Shown in pieces: positions 9,438 through 18,435 of a DNA stretch of 56,987 bases (positions within the stretch are counted from its first letter, which is position 1; every line of letters starts with the position of its first letter). Source of the stretch: a virus. Its lineage: Duplodnaviria; Caudoviricetes. Under the pieces are notes generated by a model. The model was given only the letters and a program-made list of their open reading frames with translations, was not told where the DNA came from and made no database searches. Both the position numbers and the translations under genes were made by a program. The DNA lies in IMG/VR virus record IMGVR_UViG_3300021964_000079, positions 1-56,987 of that record; one strand, 5' to 3'.

Positions 9438-9655
9438 TACATCATCCTCTTGATGGCCAGAGTGGTATCAAAGCCACCCTCATTATACTCTTTCACAAAC
9501 CTGTCAGTGAATTCCAGATAGTCGTCATCACCCTTGAAGTCCTTACCAGTGATCTTCTCATACAGCACAGTCATCCAAGTGGCATCCAGAACATACATGG
9601 GGTTCTTATCAGTGCCCACATTCACAATGGGGTTAATGTCAGTGATATCAGTCAT
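9437..9655 (-). CDS. Hypothetical protein
   Basis: 72-aa ORF with AAGGA RBS. Confidence 0.6.
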   Translation of the reverse strand: MTDITDINPIVNVGTDKNPMYVLDATWMTVLYEKITGKDFKGDDDYLEFTDRFVKEYNEGGFDTTLAIKRMM

Positions 9656-9850
9656 TCGTTAGTCCTTTATGTCTTATCAACCATCTACAAGCAGATAGTA
9701 ACACATTGTCAAGGCGTTGTCAAGGACTTTCTGCAATTAAATACAAAAAAACCTCAGATATTTCACTGAGGTTCTTTGATATTGAGCCGATACATGGGAG
9801 ACTTTAATCCCCTCTGCACATCGGTATATTATGTTTATTTTAACCTTTTT

Positions 9851-9890
9851 AATATATGGGGAAATATGGGTATTTATGGGTCTATTTGGG
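9851..9890 (+). repeat. 4 x 10-bp tandem repeat ending in GGG
   Basis: aatatatggg gaaatatggg tatttatggg tctatttggg, intergenic, next to an AT-rich tract. Confidence 0.75.
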
Positions 9891-9908
9891 AGATGTTATC
9901 CGCATCAC

Positions 9909-10442
9909 TCATATATCCTGTGATTTCCTAGTTTTATTGTTATCCCAACTGGTCACTCTTCTTAGATTATCAAGGTGATTATTCGTAGGATCATCATCAA
10001 TGTGATCTATTACAATGGTCTTGCTTATATGGTTATACACACTAGGCAAATCTCTAACCTTCTCCCACTCTTCCCATACTATACCCTCTGGTGGATTGTC
10101 ATATAGTGGTTTCCATGTATCCATTACTATTTTATGCAATTTTATGTTGCGGCGTATTGTATTACCACTCTGAGGTAAACCAGAACCATCTTCCCAAAAT
10201 CCCTTTGGCACCGACATGAAAGTTTTTATACATGTAATATTTTTCGAACCATCTTTTCTCCTGATAAAACACGCCACGCCCTTTATGTGTCTATTAAATC
10301 TTATACTCCATAACTTACCACACTTGCTCACCCCCCACTTGTCATATACCTTACCGAAGCATATAGTTGGTTTCATCTCTATGTCTTTACCATCTATGTT
10401 AATGGTAATGTTATCACTGTTCATATCGAATAGGTTCATCAC
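9909..10442 (-). CDS. HNH homing endonuclease
   Basis: IDHIDDDPTNNHLDNLRRVTSWDN HNH_3 motif; NUMOD4-like N-terminus (GVSKCGKLWS). Confidence 0.85.
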   Translation of the reverse strand: MMNLFDMNSDNITINIDGKDIEMKPTICFGKVYDKWGVSKCGKLWSIRFNRHIKGVACFIRRKDGSKNITCIKTFMSVPKGFWEDGSGLPQSGNTIRRNIKLHKIVMDTWKPLYDNPPEGIVWEEWEKVRDLPSVYNHISKTIVIDHIDDDPTNNHLDNLRRVTSWDNNKTRKSQDI

Positions 10443-10738
10443 GCAAACTTCACCCTGCCTGTCTCTAACTGTTCATCTATCTGATCAGCGAGTATATCAC
10501 CCATGAGGTTCATGAACTCTTCCTCATCTATGTCCTCAAATTCAAGCTTCGCATTATCCAGTATTTCGAACTCAAAGGATAGAACTGCACGGCCATCTTC
10601 TGTTTTTGGTAGATTTATCTTGGTATAACCCCATGCTACACCCTTGTACTTACCTTCTTCCATCATGACAGCCATATGTTCATATCCGTCTTTTGTCACA
10701 TATGAATATGTGTTTGGTTCAATTCTGCTCATTTCCAT
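10439..10738 (-). CDS. Acidic hypothetical protein resembling the small (gp40-like) gene found near uvsX/gp41 in T4-like phages
   Basis: GKYKGV...Y...LSFEFEIL...F...MGDIL pattern, recognised by eye. Confidence 0.5.
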   Translation of the reverse strand: MEMSRIEPNTYSYVTKDGYEHMAVMMEEGKYKGVAWGYTKINLPKTEDGRAVLSFEFEILDNAKLEFEDIDEEEFMNLMGDILADQIDEQLETGRVKFA

Positions 10739-11265
10739 ACCCTCTCTAGTACGTTGTATTCGTCTATTTTCTGCTCTTCATATCTATCTGGTGTGATCTT
10801 CCACCATACTATGCCTATTGATACTCTATTACCCTCATATGGTTGCACTCTATGCGTCAATGTTGCATCGAAGTATATCAGTCGATTGGGTATTGGTTCG
10901 AATGTTGTGGTGCATTTCCAATCTGATACAGGGCCCGGACCACCTATCTCAAGGTGGCCACCACTGTCTGGTGACCTCATATAATAGATGAATGTACTCT
11001 CAGGCAGTGAATTTATGGGATATTCGTCACAATAGGATAGAATGTCACTGTGCCACACGGGGTCCACTGGGCGCACGTTATACCACGCTGTAGCACCCAA
11101 TGCAGGGTCTTTTATATAGTTATACGTTGAATGCACCATCTTTGTCAGTGCATTGGTGTCGGGGTTCGATGCAGCACCCACCCAGTGTACCTTCGCATAC
11201 TCTATGTGCAGGTTATTCAGTGCATCGACATCATCCTGATCCAAATAGTCGTCAATGATTTTCAT
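10729..11265 (-). CDS. 2OG-Fe(II) oxygenase (prolyl-hydroxylase-like)
   Basis: WHSD, GGHL, PIPNRLIYFD..LTHRV...RVS. Confidence 0.8.
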   Translation of the reverse strand: MKIIDDYLDQDDVDALNNLHIEYAKVHWVGAASNPDTNALTKMVHSTYNYIKDPALGATAWYNVRPVDPVWHSDILSYCDEYPINSLPESTFIYYMRSPDSGGHLEIGGPGPVSDWKCTTTFEPIPNRLIYFDATLTHRVQPYEGNRVSIGIVWWKITPDRYEEQKIDEYNVLERVWK

Positions 11266-11425
11266 CCTCTATAATACCTATCTGGCCTATTGTCAACCCA
11301 TTTCTTTGGACCTTCTGTCCAGTATTGTGCGTTTATACTTGCATTCCACCATCCAGCTACAAGTGCAGTGCCTATACTATAACCCTCTTCTCTTAGGTGA
11401 ATATACCATTTATACCATAATGCGG

Positions 11426-12820
11426 TCATACCTTCCAACCCTCTCCAAACTCTGTCTTGTCAAATGTGGGCGACTCGAAGTCATCCTTCTCCTCTGTCTG
11501 GTTACTATCCGCAAGTCCATCCTGTTGGCTCTCATCTAGGTCCATAAGTCGCATCTTTCCACGATCAATACCAATGACAAAGCGTTTGTTCATAGTCGGA
11601 TCATTGTATCGGTTCTTTAACTGTTTCACCGCAATCTGATTTGCGGCCTCTAGTTCTTCGTTACTAATGAGTGCAAACATGAGGTCAGCAGTAGCCGGTA
11701 GTCCAAAACTCTCACTGGTATCTTCAAGGCCCACATCGGAATTGGAGAACCCAGAGCGTGTCGTTTGTGTTGCAGACATAATAGGGACGTTTGTTTCAAC
11801 TGCAAGTCCTCGTAATTCTTCTGCAATCGACTTGATATACATGTACGAATTGACATTTGCTTGTCCCTTGAATCGTGATGATGCACAGATATTCAGATAA
11901 TCTATGAAGATGATATCTGGCTTGAAACTCTTCTTGATAGCGAGTTCCTTGATTAGTCCCCTAAAGTGTGCGGAATGTGCGGATGCAGTAGGATATTCCT
12001 TGATGACCAACTGTCCATTCGTCTCCTTGATGATTTTATTGATCTTGGTATCATACATTGTCTTGGGTAAACTATGCAAGTCTTCCATAGACACATTCAT
12101 GAGGTTTGCATCAATACGTTCTGCAATGCGTTCCTCTGCCATCTCTAGGGTGATGTACAATACGTTCTTACCCTGATTCATACAGTTCGCTGCCATATGA
12201 CACATGAACAGGGATTTACCCACACCAGTACCCGCAAGGGCGATGTTCAGTGTCTTGGGTGGTAATCCCCCCTTAGTGATACGATTGAAGAATTCCAGAT
12301 CAAATGGTATCTTCTCCTCTATCGTATGGTAATACTCAAATCGGGCGTCTGCATCCAACAGGTAATCATGGCCAACAGAATTATCGAAACCCACAGCAAG
12401 GGCATCTGTGAGAATGCTTGGGATAGCGTCTGGGCCTCGTTCCTTATCCTTTCCATCAATGATTTGAATTCCTTCAACAATCGCATTATATACCGCCTTA
12501 TCCTTGCAGAACTTCTCTGTGGTTTCAACCAACCAATCAAAGTTCACATCTTTGTCGTTTTCTAGTTCCTTCACCACCGTTAATACACGCCGAATGTCAT
12601 CCTCGTTCAGATCACGGCGTGAGTCAATCTCAATCTCCAGAGTTGACTTAGTGGGTAGTGCATTGTATCGCTCTACGAACTTCTGTATCTCTTCAAATAC
12701 GATGCGCTCAGTACGGTCAGAAAAATACTCCCCTCGTATAAAGGGAAGCACCTTTCGTGCATACTGCTCATTACCTACCAGCTCTGATAGGGTTGTTCGT
12801 TCAATCGTTTGCATACGCAT
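11426..12820 (-). CDS. gp41: Replicative DNA helicase gp41 (DnaB-like)
   Basis: ALAGTGVGKS, ITLEMAEE, IKEYPT, IDYLNI, TSESFGLPATAD. Confidence 0.96.
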   Translation of the reverse strand: MRMQTIERTTLSELVGNEQYARKVLPFIRGEYFSDRTERIVFEEIQKFVERYNALPTKSTLEIEIDSRRDLNEDDIRRVLTVVKELENDKDVNFDWLVETTEKFCKDKAVYNAIVEGIQIIDGKDKERGPDAIPSILTDALAVGFDNSVGHDYLLDADARFEYYHTIEEKIPFDLEFFNRITKGGLPPKTLNIALAGTGVGKSLFMCHMAANCMNQGKNVLYITLEMAEERIAERIDANLMNVSMEDLHSLPKTMYDTKINKIIKETNGQLVIKEYPTASAHSAHFRGLIKELAIKKSFKPDIIFIDYLNICASSRFKGQANVNSYMYIKSIAEELRGLAVETNVPIMSATQTTRSGFSNSDVGLEDTSESFGLPATADLMFALISNEELEAANQIAVKQLKNRYNDPTMNKRFVIGIDRGKMRLMDLDESQQDGLADSNQTEEKDDFESPTFDKTEFGEGWKV

Positions 12821-13214
12821 TCACCTTTATCATACATTCATTGAGGAAATCCAATCCCTCAGTGTTCTTATAGGGATGTGTATACCACACCTCTATTATA
12901 CCAGATGAGTATAACAGTTTTGCACAGGAAAGGCAAGGGACATGTGTAATAAATGCTGTTGCACCCTCACCTGACTCATTGCTCCTTGCGAGCTTGGTGA
13001 TTGCATTCTCTTCTGCGTGTAGGACTTCTGGTTTGGTAACGAAGTCCTCATCCTCACATACGTTGGTCCACCCAGAGGGCATACCGTTGTATCCTATGGA
13101 TATGATGCGATCATCCTTGACGATCACACAGCCCACCTTGAGTCGTTCTGCTGTGCTGCACTCTGCATAGTTAAATGCAGACTTCATATGTGCTGCAATA
13201 TGTTTATTCTTCAT
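12801..13214 (-). CDS. cd: dCMP deaminase
   Basis: KVGCVIV..RIISIGYNG, HAE.NAI, PCLSC. Confidence 0.9.
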   Translation of the reverse strand: MKNKHIAAHMKSAFNYAECSTAERLKVGCVIVKDDRIISIGYNGMPSGWTNVCEDEDFVTKPEVLHAEENAITKLARSNESGEGATAFITHVPCLSCAKLLYSSGIIEVWYTHPYKNTEGLDFLNECMIKVNAYAND

Positions 13215-13615
13215 AGTGCGTATTCATAATTTCTAGTTGTCTCATTCTGTTTGATCAAAAATGCACCATTCTTGGTATGAAAATTATGTGCCATATCGGT
13301 ATTGGGTGACATGGTTACAAGACGTTCCCAACCATTGTATATGGCCCAATCTCTCAGGTCCATAATTATCTGTCTACCCGCTTTAGGTTTATAGCTCCAT
13401 ACTGTGTAAGGTATGGCATACAACCCTCTTTTAGATAGGGCAATGTCTCTTGTATCTTTGGGAATATATGTTGTCATTGCAACACACACTATAGCGGCAG
13501 GGTCATCCTCTTCACCGATATAATACATTTCACCCACACTCTTACGCCATGCGTAGGATAATGTGGGTCTTACAGGGTCATCTTTGATGTATTCATCACT
13601 TGTCAGTATTTTCAT
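13211..13615 (-). CDS. Conserved hypothetical protein, possibly GNAT-fold
   Basis: Likely start MKILTSD; KDDPVRP...YTVWSY..KAGR...VTMSP.T.MA..FH.KNGA. Confidence 0.55.
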   Translation of the reverse strand: MKILTSDEYIKDDPVRPTLSYAWRKSVGEMYYIGEEDDPAAIVCVAMTTYIPKDTRDIALSKRGLYAIPYTVWSYKPKAGRQIIMDLRDWAIYNGWERLVTMSPNTDMAHNFHTKNGAFLIKQNETTRNYEYAL

Positions 13616-13625
13616 AATCTCTCGC

Positions 13626-13931
13626 TTATACGTTAAAGGACTCTCCACACCCGCAGCTGCTACTCGCAGTTGGATTGATAATCTTGAGGAAACTACCACC
13701 AAGTTCTGATACATAGTCAATCGTTGACCCCAATACGAACATCTCCGCCATAGGGTCAATCACCAGCACATCGTCAATGGGGTCAGACCAATCAACGTCT
13801 GGCCAGTTCTTGGAGAAGTCCCATACATACTGCATACCAGAGCATCCCCCGCCCTTTACGCCGAGGGACACAAAGTCTCCGTCACTCACAGATTTTAGAT
13901 AGTCTCTTGCAGAGTCAGTGAGGGTAATCAT
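13626..13931 (-). CDS. iscA: IscA/HesB-family Fe-S cluster carrier
   Basis: GVKGGGCSGMQY and NPTASSSCGCGESF signatures. Confidence 0.93.
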   Translation of the reverse strand: MITLTDSARDYLKSVSDGDFVSLGVKGGGCSGMQYVWDFSKNWPDVDWSDPIDDVLVIDPMAEMFVLGSTIDYVSELGGSFLKIINPTASSSCGCGESFNV

Positions 13932-14000
13932 GACAGGCGTTGTCCCTGTCGCAGTAGATACGCTAGGACATTAGACCAGTACTGTACGCCCCACTCTGAT

Positions 14001-14279
14001 TTAGTTTGTGTACAATTGTCTAGTGCCGTTCTTGCATTTGCTATAAGACGATCCCAATTCATTAGTTTGCATCTCCTGTATCATGTTTCCGAATAAACTA
14101 AAAATCTCTCTGACTCTTGCACTTTCATCTGCCCGAGGAATACAAAGAGTTTCAGCTGCTGCCATTCCTTGCGATGAAACAATTTTTGCTTGTTCCATGC
14201 ATGTTTGCATATCAGGCATATTTACGTTATACTCTGATCCCGTCATAGTCATTACGACCAATAGTGCTTTTATCATCAC
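14001..14279 (-). CDS. Hypothetical protein
   Basis: 92-aa ORF in a tightly packed early cluster. Confidence 0.55.
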   Translation of the reverse strand: MMIKALLVVMTMTGSEYNVNMPDMQTCMEQAKIVSSQGMAAAETLCIPRADESARVREIFSLFGNMIQEMQTNELGSSYSKCKNGTRQLYTN

Positions 14280-14578
14280 ACTTCACTCCATCCTGTCATT
14301 TCACACTTGTATTTAGTGTTTCCAATTAAAACCATGTCACCCATGCTTGTGCTGCGACATGCACCACCATCAAACATCTTGGTCACACCTTCGTTGTTCC
14401 ACCAGCCATCATTGATGCTGTTGGTCTTCACAAACGCCGCCTCTAACTTCTCGTTGATGGTTGCGTCCTTCTTAACCTCTACAAACGCAACCGTGGTAGG
14501 TGCGTCCTCAAAGGCTGCGTGTATCACCGCAACTTTTTCATAGAGCAGAGTCTTCGTTAGTGCGTCAATCTTATCCAT
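14276..14578 (-). CDS. Hypothetical protein (RSTSMGD motif)
   Basis: 100-aa ORF. Confidence 0.6.
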   Translation of the reverse strand: MDKIDALTKTLLYEKVAVIHAAFEDAPTTVAFVEVKKDATINEKLEAAFVKTNSINDGWWNNEGVTKMFDGGACRSTSMGDMVLIGNTKYKCEMTGWSEV

Positions 14579-14807
14579 AACGTATTTCCCTTAGTTTTTT
14601 CTTAGCAAATTTTCCCTCACCAAACGAGACATCAGAACACATTCTAATTTTCGAACGGAAAGACATGTCATCCTTTTTGCTCATGTCCCTGTCCCTAATC
14701 TTGTTTTTCCTCTTCGCAGTATAACTATTTTTCGATTTCCTTTTCGAAGAGTTGAAAACATCAAACGAGTTTTTACTCATAATATCCATCCTCTGTAAAG
14801 TAACCAA
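14571..14807 (-). CDS. Basic hypothetical protein (start probably MSKNSF)
   Basis: ORF track; coupled stop/start. Confidence 0.5.
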   Translation of the reverse strand: MVTLQRMDIMSKNSFDVFNSSKRKSKNSYTAKRKNKIRDRDMSKKDDMSFRSKIRMCSDVSFGEGKFAKKKLREIRYG

Positions 14808-15048
14808 TTCCTTTATTGGCGTTGATAAAACTCAACTCACACCAAGAATAAGAACCATCGTCCCATTTGATCTTGACTTCTGGAGTCAATGCCGGGCATG
14901 ACGATATCGGGCTGATTGTAACAACCTCACCATTCCAGAGTTCAGTGTAACCACCAAAGTCACCAATAATTTTCGTACCTAATTCCATAACAACCTCTTT
15001 GTTTCTCATCTTATATCCCATATTACCATCTGGAATATGATTTGTCAA
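14773..15048 (-). CDS. Hypothetical protein (start probably MELGTK)
   Basis: ORF track; GAGG RBS before the internal ATG. Confidence 0.55.
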   Translation of the reverse strand: MTNHIPDGNMGYKMRNKEVVMELGTKIIGDFGGYTELWNGEVVTISPISSCPALTPEVKIKWDDGSYSWCELSFINANKGIGYFTEDGYYE

Positions 15049-15060
15049 TAGCTAATTTAG
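15020..15060 (-). promoter_or_regulatory. Sigma70-like early promoter; 20-bp block identical to 16092-16111
   Basis: TTGACA-17 nt-TAATAT; ctaaattagctattgacaaa repeated exactly. Confidence 0.7.
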
Positions 15061-15593
15061 CCCGCAACAGCGAATATTTCTGCATCGCTGTCATACAGGT
15101 CAAACACCTTGCCGATCAACTCACGATTCCCTGCCTTGGGGAAGTCAAATACCTTGGAATAGGGCGACTTCTTGGCATAGACTACAACGCCGGGTGTCTT
15201 GGACAGTTTGTTCCAGACATACCGTCCACCAGCAGACTGGCTGGTTCCTGCCTTGAGCGTGATATCCAGTTTCTTCATGAGGAACTTGTAAATCTTGATG
15301 GCAAGGTTATTACCCTTGTACCGGCTATCGACGCTGAGTAGGTCAACGTGCCATGCACCACGTTCTCTCGACAACTCCACCTTTGCAGCAATGCGGTAGC
15401 GAGTTTCCATGTCACCATAGAGAGTACGAACTCGTTTGGTCACATTGCGGTCATATACCCAAATATCGTTATATGTACTTTCAACCTTATCAACGTAGAT
15501 ATCGTACCCAAAGGCACGACCAACGAGCTCTAGATTGTCTAGATTACCGTATCCAAGAGCAACACCCTTGTTCATCGTAATTCTGTCAACCAT
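15057..15593 (-). CDS. Putative GNAT-fold acetyltransferase
   Basis: HVDLLSVDSRYKGNNLAIKIY (motif A-like), QSAGGRYVWNKL. Confidence 0.55.
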   Translation of the reverse strand: MVDRITMNKGVALGYGNLDNLELVGRAFGYDIYVDKVESTYNDIWVYDRNVTKRVRTLYGDMETRYRIAAKVELSRERGAWHVDLLSVDSRYKGNNLAIKIYKFLMKKLDITLKAGTSQSAGGRYVWNKLSKTPGVVVYAKKSPYSKVFDFPKAGNRELIGKVFDLYDSDAEIFAVAG

Positions 15594-15623
15594 TTGTAAC
15601 CTCTTGATTTCCGATTATACCTA

Positions 15624-15652
15624 AGTATACCATGCGAAAAGGATTCTGTCAA
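15624..15652 (-). promoter_or_regulatory. Sigma70-like early promoter
   Basis: TTGACA-17 nt-TATACT with TGG extension. Confidence 0.7.
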
Positions 15653-15856
15653 CTAAAATCGACTCGGAATCCAAGAAAAATTCACATCATCTAGCCATCG
15701 CCACTCACCTGTTTTCAGTGATTTTATGGGGGGTAATGAGGGTTTTGGGGTCATATCCAGAACGCCGGGGGGAAGCTTTAGGACTTCCCACTTGTCTCCG
15801 TGTTCTCTGATTCGGTTCTTACCCTTGTTGGTGATGCCCTTGAGGGTGAGGATCAT
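15653..15856 (-). CDS. Hypothetical protein
   Basis: 67 aa, LKGITNKGKNRIREHG motif. Confidence 0.6.
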   Translation of the reverse strand: MILTLKGITNKGKNRIREHGDKWEVLKLPPGVLDMTPKPSLPPIKSLKTGEWRWLDDVNFSWIPSRF

Positions 15857-16041
15857 TATGCAATCCCTCTATTGTTCATATTCGGCATCGTCAGACCAGC
15901 CTTCTTGAAGGCTTCAGAGATACGCTTCTCAGGGTCTTTACCATCCTTCCAGACTTCCAGCTCGGAAATGTCAATCCCTGCTTCTCTCATGATCCGCTTC
16001 TTGATCATCAGGTCACGAAATATCCAGTTGCAATTCATCAT
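15856..16041 (-). CDS. Hypothetical protein
   Basis: 61-aa ORF, RBS, behind a promoter. Confidence 0.55.
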   Translation of the reverse strand: MMNCNWIFRDLMIKKRIMREAGIDISELEVWKDGKDPEKRISEAFKKAGLTMPNMNNRGIA

Positions 16042-16070
16042 AACGTCTTCCTTTTCTCAGTGTATAACTC

Positions 16071-16111
16071 ATATTACCATACGGAAAAGGTTTTGTCAAT
16101 AGCTAATTTAG
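16071..16111 (-). promoter_or_regulatory. Sigma70-like early promoter
   Basis: TTGACA-17 nt-TAATAT. Confidence 0.7.
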
Positions 16112-16812
16112 AATCCCTTGGGTTTTTTTGTGATGCCTCTGCGCTTCATCTCCATCTCAATCCACTGATGTGCTGTAGGATTTCGCACCTTTTTCCTGAG
16201 CAAACCTCTGACTTGTCTCAACACACTATTGAACAATGTGCCGTCATCCACTTTTACATCGTTATTATCAACAATAATCAGGTTGCCCCTAAAGTGCTGA
16301 CTGAATTTACCAAGGTTGGACTGAACGTCTTTCCACGATTTTGTTGCAATTGAGGCGTGTACCTTACGTTCACGCTCTGCATTACGAGCAAGTGCAACGT
16401 CCAACGAGGTATTGACATATATCATGTGAGTGTCGTAACCAAGTCTTTTAAGCTCGTTTGATTGTTTTGCAATCTTATCATAGTCACGCCCCGTGCCATC
16501 TATGATGAGTCCAAGGCGACCATCAACATAGTTATCCTGCTTTTTTTGCGTCACCACTTTTGCTCGATCACGCAGTTTGTCTCTAGGTTCCTTCTGACGC
16601 TCAGCCTTTGCCGTTGTCATGTCCATTTCTAGACCAGCATCTTTGAGATACTTCTCAAAGACATCATCAGAGTTGACTATCTTGAGTCCTGTACCGCCGG
16701 TAGACTTTCTGACAACGAAAGACTTACCACTGCCTGGTCCACCGGCGAGAAAGAATGCTTTAAATATATTGGGGTCTTGCAACCCTTCCTGTAGTTCGTT
16801 GTATGTCTTCAT
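16108..16812 (-). CDS. Zeta-toxin-like/AAA_33 P-loop kinase
   Basis: AFFLAGGPGSGKS, VNSDD, LIIDGTG, YVNTSLDVALARNAER. Confidence 0.75.
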   Translation of the reverse strand: MKTYNELQEGLQDPNIFKAFFLAGGPGSGKSFVVRKSTGGTGLKIVNSDDVFEKYLKDAGLEMDMTTAKAERQKEPRDKLRDRAKVVTQKKQDNYVDGRLGLIIDGTGRDYDKIAKQSNELKRLGYDTHMIYVNTSLDVALARNAERERKVHASIATKSWKDVQSNLGKFSQHFRGNLIIVDNNDVKVDDGTLFNSVLRQVRGLLRKKVRNPTAHQWIEMEMKRRGITKKPKGF

Positions 16813-16948
16813 TTGGTGTTCGTCCTTCTCTTCTATATCCGGCCATCTCTATAATATATTTATCATTGTCTGAAAGTGGAGTGCAATCTAACTTGCGCTC
16901 TTGGGTCTGGAATGTCATCTTCTTGATACGATTTTTGGTCTTAGCCAT
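16760..16948 (-). CDS. Small hypothetical protein (start MAKTKN)
   Basis: 3' part of ORF 16760..17080; AAAGGA RBS. Confidence 0.45.
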   Translation of the reverse strand: MAKTKNRIKKMTFQTQERKLDCTPLSDNDKYIIEMAGYRREGRTPNEDIQRTTGRVARPQYI

Positions 16949-17006
16949 TTTAAGTTCCTTTCGCTGTTGATGTTTGGATATAGAGGTGTTATAAATGGAC
17001 TTCTCC

Positions 17007-18431
17007 TTATTGAGTATCATATAGACCGATATCATCAAATTCTTTGATTGTTCTCGGCGGTGATTTTTGTTTTGGTTCAAAATTGTTATCAGGGGATGGA
17101 ATATTTTTTGTCATGCTATCTTTGACAACTTGCATTGACATAGTATGTCTTCTTGATTCTCCCATATCAAAATCGTGACGTAAAGTTTTGACTAGAAAAT
17201 TTCCCTTAAATAAACTGTCTTCAGTATCATTACCCTCTATGTTTGCTGCGGTGTTTGGAATTATTACACCAATTATATCGCCTGCACACACAAGTGTGCT
17301 ACCAGTGACATCAATGTTCAACGACAATCCATCCATCATTACCATCTGTGAAGCTCTAGATTGAATTATGTCAGGGAGTCTCTCTGAGGTAAAATTGTAT
17401 TGATAGGAGTCATCCAAATATGACTGATCATTACCAAAACCAACTGTGGGTTTTAAATATTGTTTTGAGGGAAAGGATGTTAAATTGCCTCCACCCTGTG
17501 TGAGAGGAATATTATTCAAGACCGGCCTCGCTAGTTCTTTGTCTATATGTCTTTGATTATCAAAACTATTAATATAGTTATATGTATGTTTTTTATAACT
17601 TTTAGAAATAATATCATGAACAATCAAACTTGAGGAATACGCACCACTATTATAATTTCTCAATGTATTTGGTGTACCTGTTATTGTAAAGTTTTCTATA
17701 GCAGAAGTTTCTAATGCAACATTCAACTTGCCGTCAGTATATCTGGTGCCCGGTATTGTGTATTGATATGTAATGATAGGAGTCTTAGAATACATGTTTC
17801 CAAGAGTTCTAAAATTAAACCCTCGCATAGATTCCCAAAAAATATATGTTGGATCATTGTGTTTTTTAGATATAGCATGTTTTGTCGCAATTTTTATTAC
17901 ATCAAAGGGGTATATGTTTGGAGCAACAATTTTTTTATTATCTACACTATCCTCGACATAAAATGGTTTACCACTGTCTAGATCAGTTCGCAACATGGTT
18001 TTGACAATATCTGAATAGGTTCCTACCAGAGTTCGACTGACTCGTTGTCTAGCATTCGTTATCAATTCTCTTGATGAAAAACTCAATATGTTTGCTTGAA
18101 CGCCGTTGCCGACATCAACACGTCTTTTTAAAGACGTAATCATAAAAGCATTGTCAGTAAAATCAATATTATATTCTTCATTATTATCTAGTCCGGGCGT
18201 TGCAATTTTAAGACTAAAATATTCTTGTCCAATAATAGGACCGACTGACCCTAAATTTACGGAATCTTGGATTGTCACAACCCCATCTATATTATGGCTC
18301 TCAATATTTTCAAACAAACTAAGCCCCATGATACTATTACCATCAACCAAGTCTATAACTACTCCTGTGGATAATGTCAGTTTAGCCTCAAGAAGATTAA
18401 ACTCACCACCAGTTTTCAATCCAGTTAACAC
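17007..18431 (-). CDS. Putative baseplate hub protein (gp27-like position)
   Basis: 474 aa directly after gp53; PIIGQE, YIFWESMRGFNFR, GNFLVKTLRHDF features of contractile-tail hub proteins. Confidence 0.6.
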   Translation of the reverse strand: MLTGLKTGGEFNLLEAKLTLSTGVVIDLVDGNSIMGLSLFENIESHNIDGVVTIQDSVNLGSVGPIIGQEYFSLKIATPGLDNNEEYNIDFTDNAFMITSLKRRVDVGNGVQANILSFSSRELITNARQRVSRTLVGTYSDIVKTMLRTDLDSGKPFYVEDSVDNKKIVAPNIYPFDVIKIATKHAISKKHNDPTYIFWESMRGFNFRTLGNMYSKTPIITYQYTIPGTRYTDGKLNVALETSAIENFTITGTPNTLRNYNSGAYSSSLIVHDIISKSYKKHTYNYINSFDNQRHIDKELARPVLNNIPLTQGGGNLTSFPSKQYLKPTVGFGNDQSYLDDSYQYNFTSERLPDIIQSRASQMVMMDGLSLNIDVTGSTLVCAGDIIGVIIPNTAANIEGNDTEDSLFKGNFLVKTLRHDFDMGESRRHTMSMQVVKDSMTKNIPSPDNNFEPKQKSPPRTIKEFDDIGLYDTQ

Positions 18432-18435
18432 TCAA

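Noticed and set aside
9909-10442. HNH gene as part of a group I intron
   Set aside because: No interrupted host gene or intron core visible; appears free-standing
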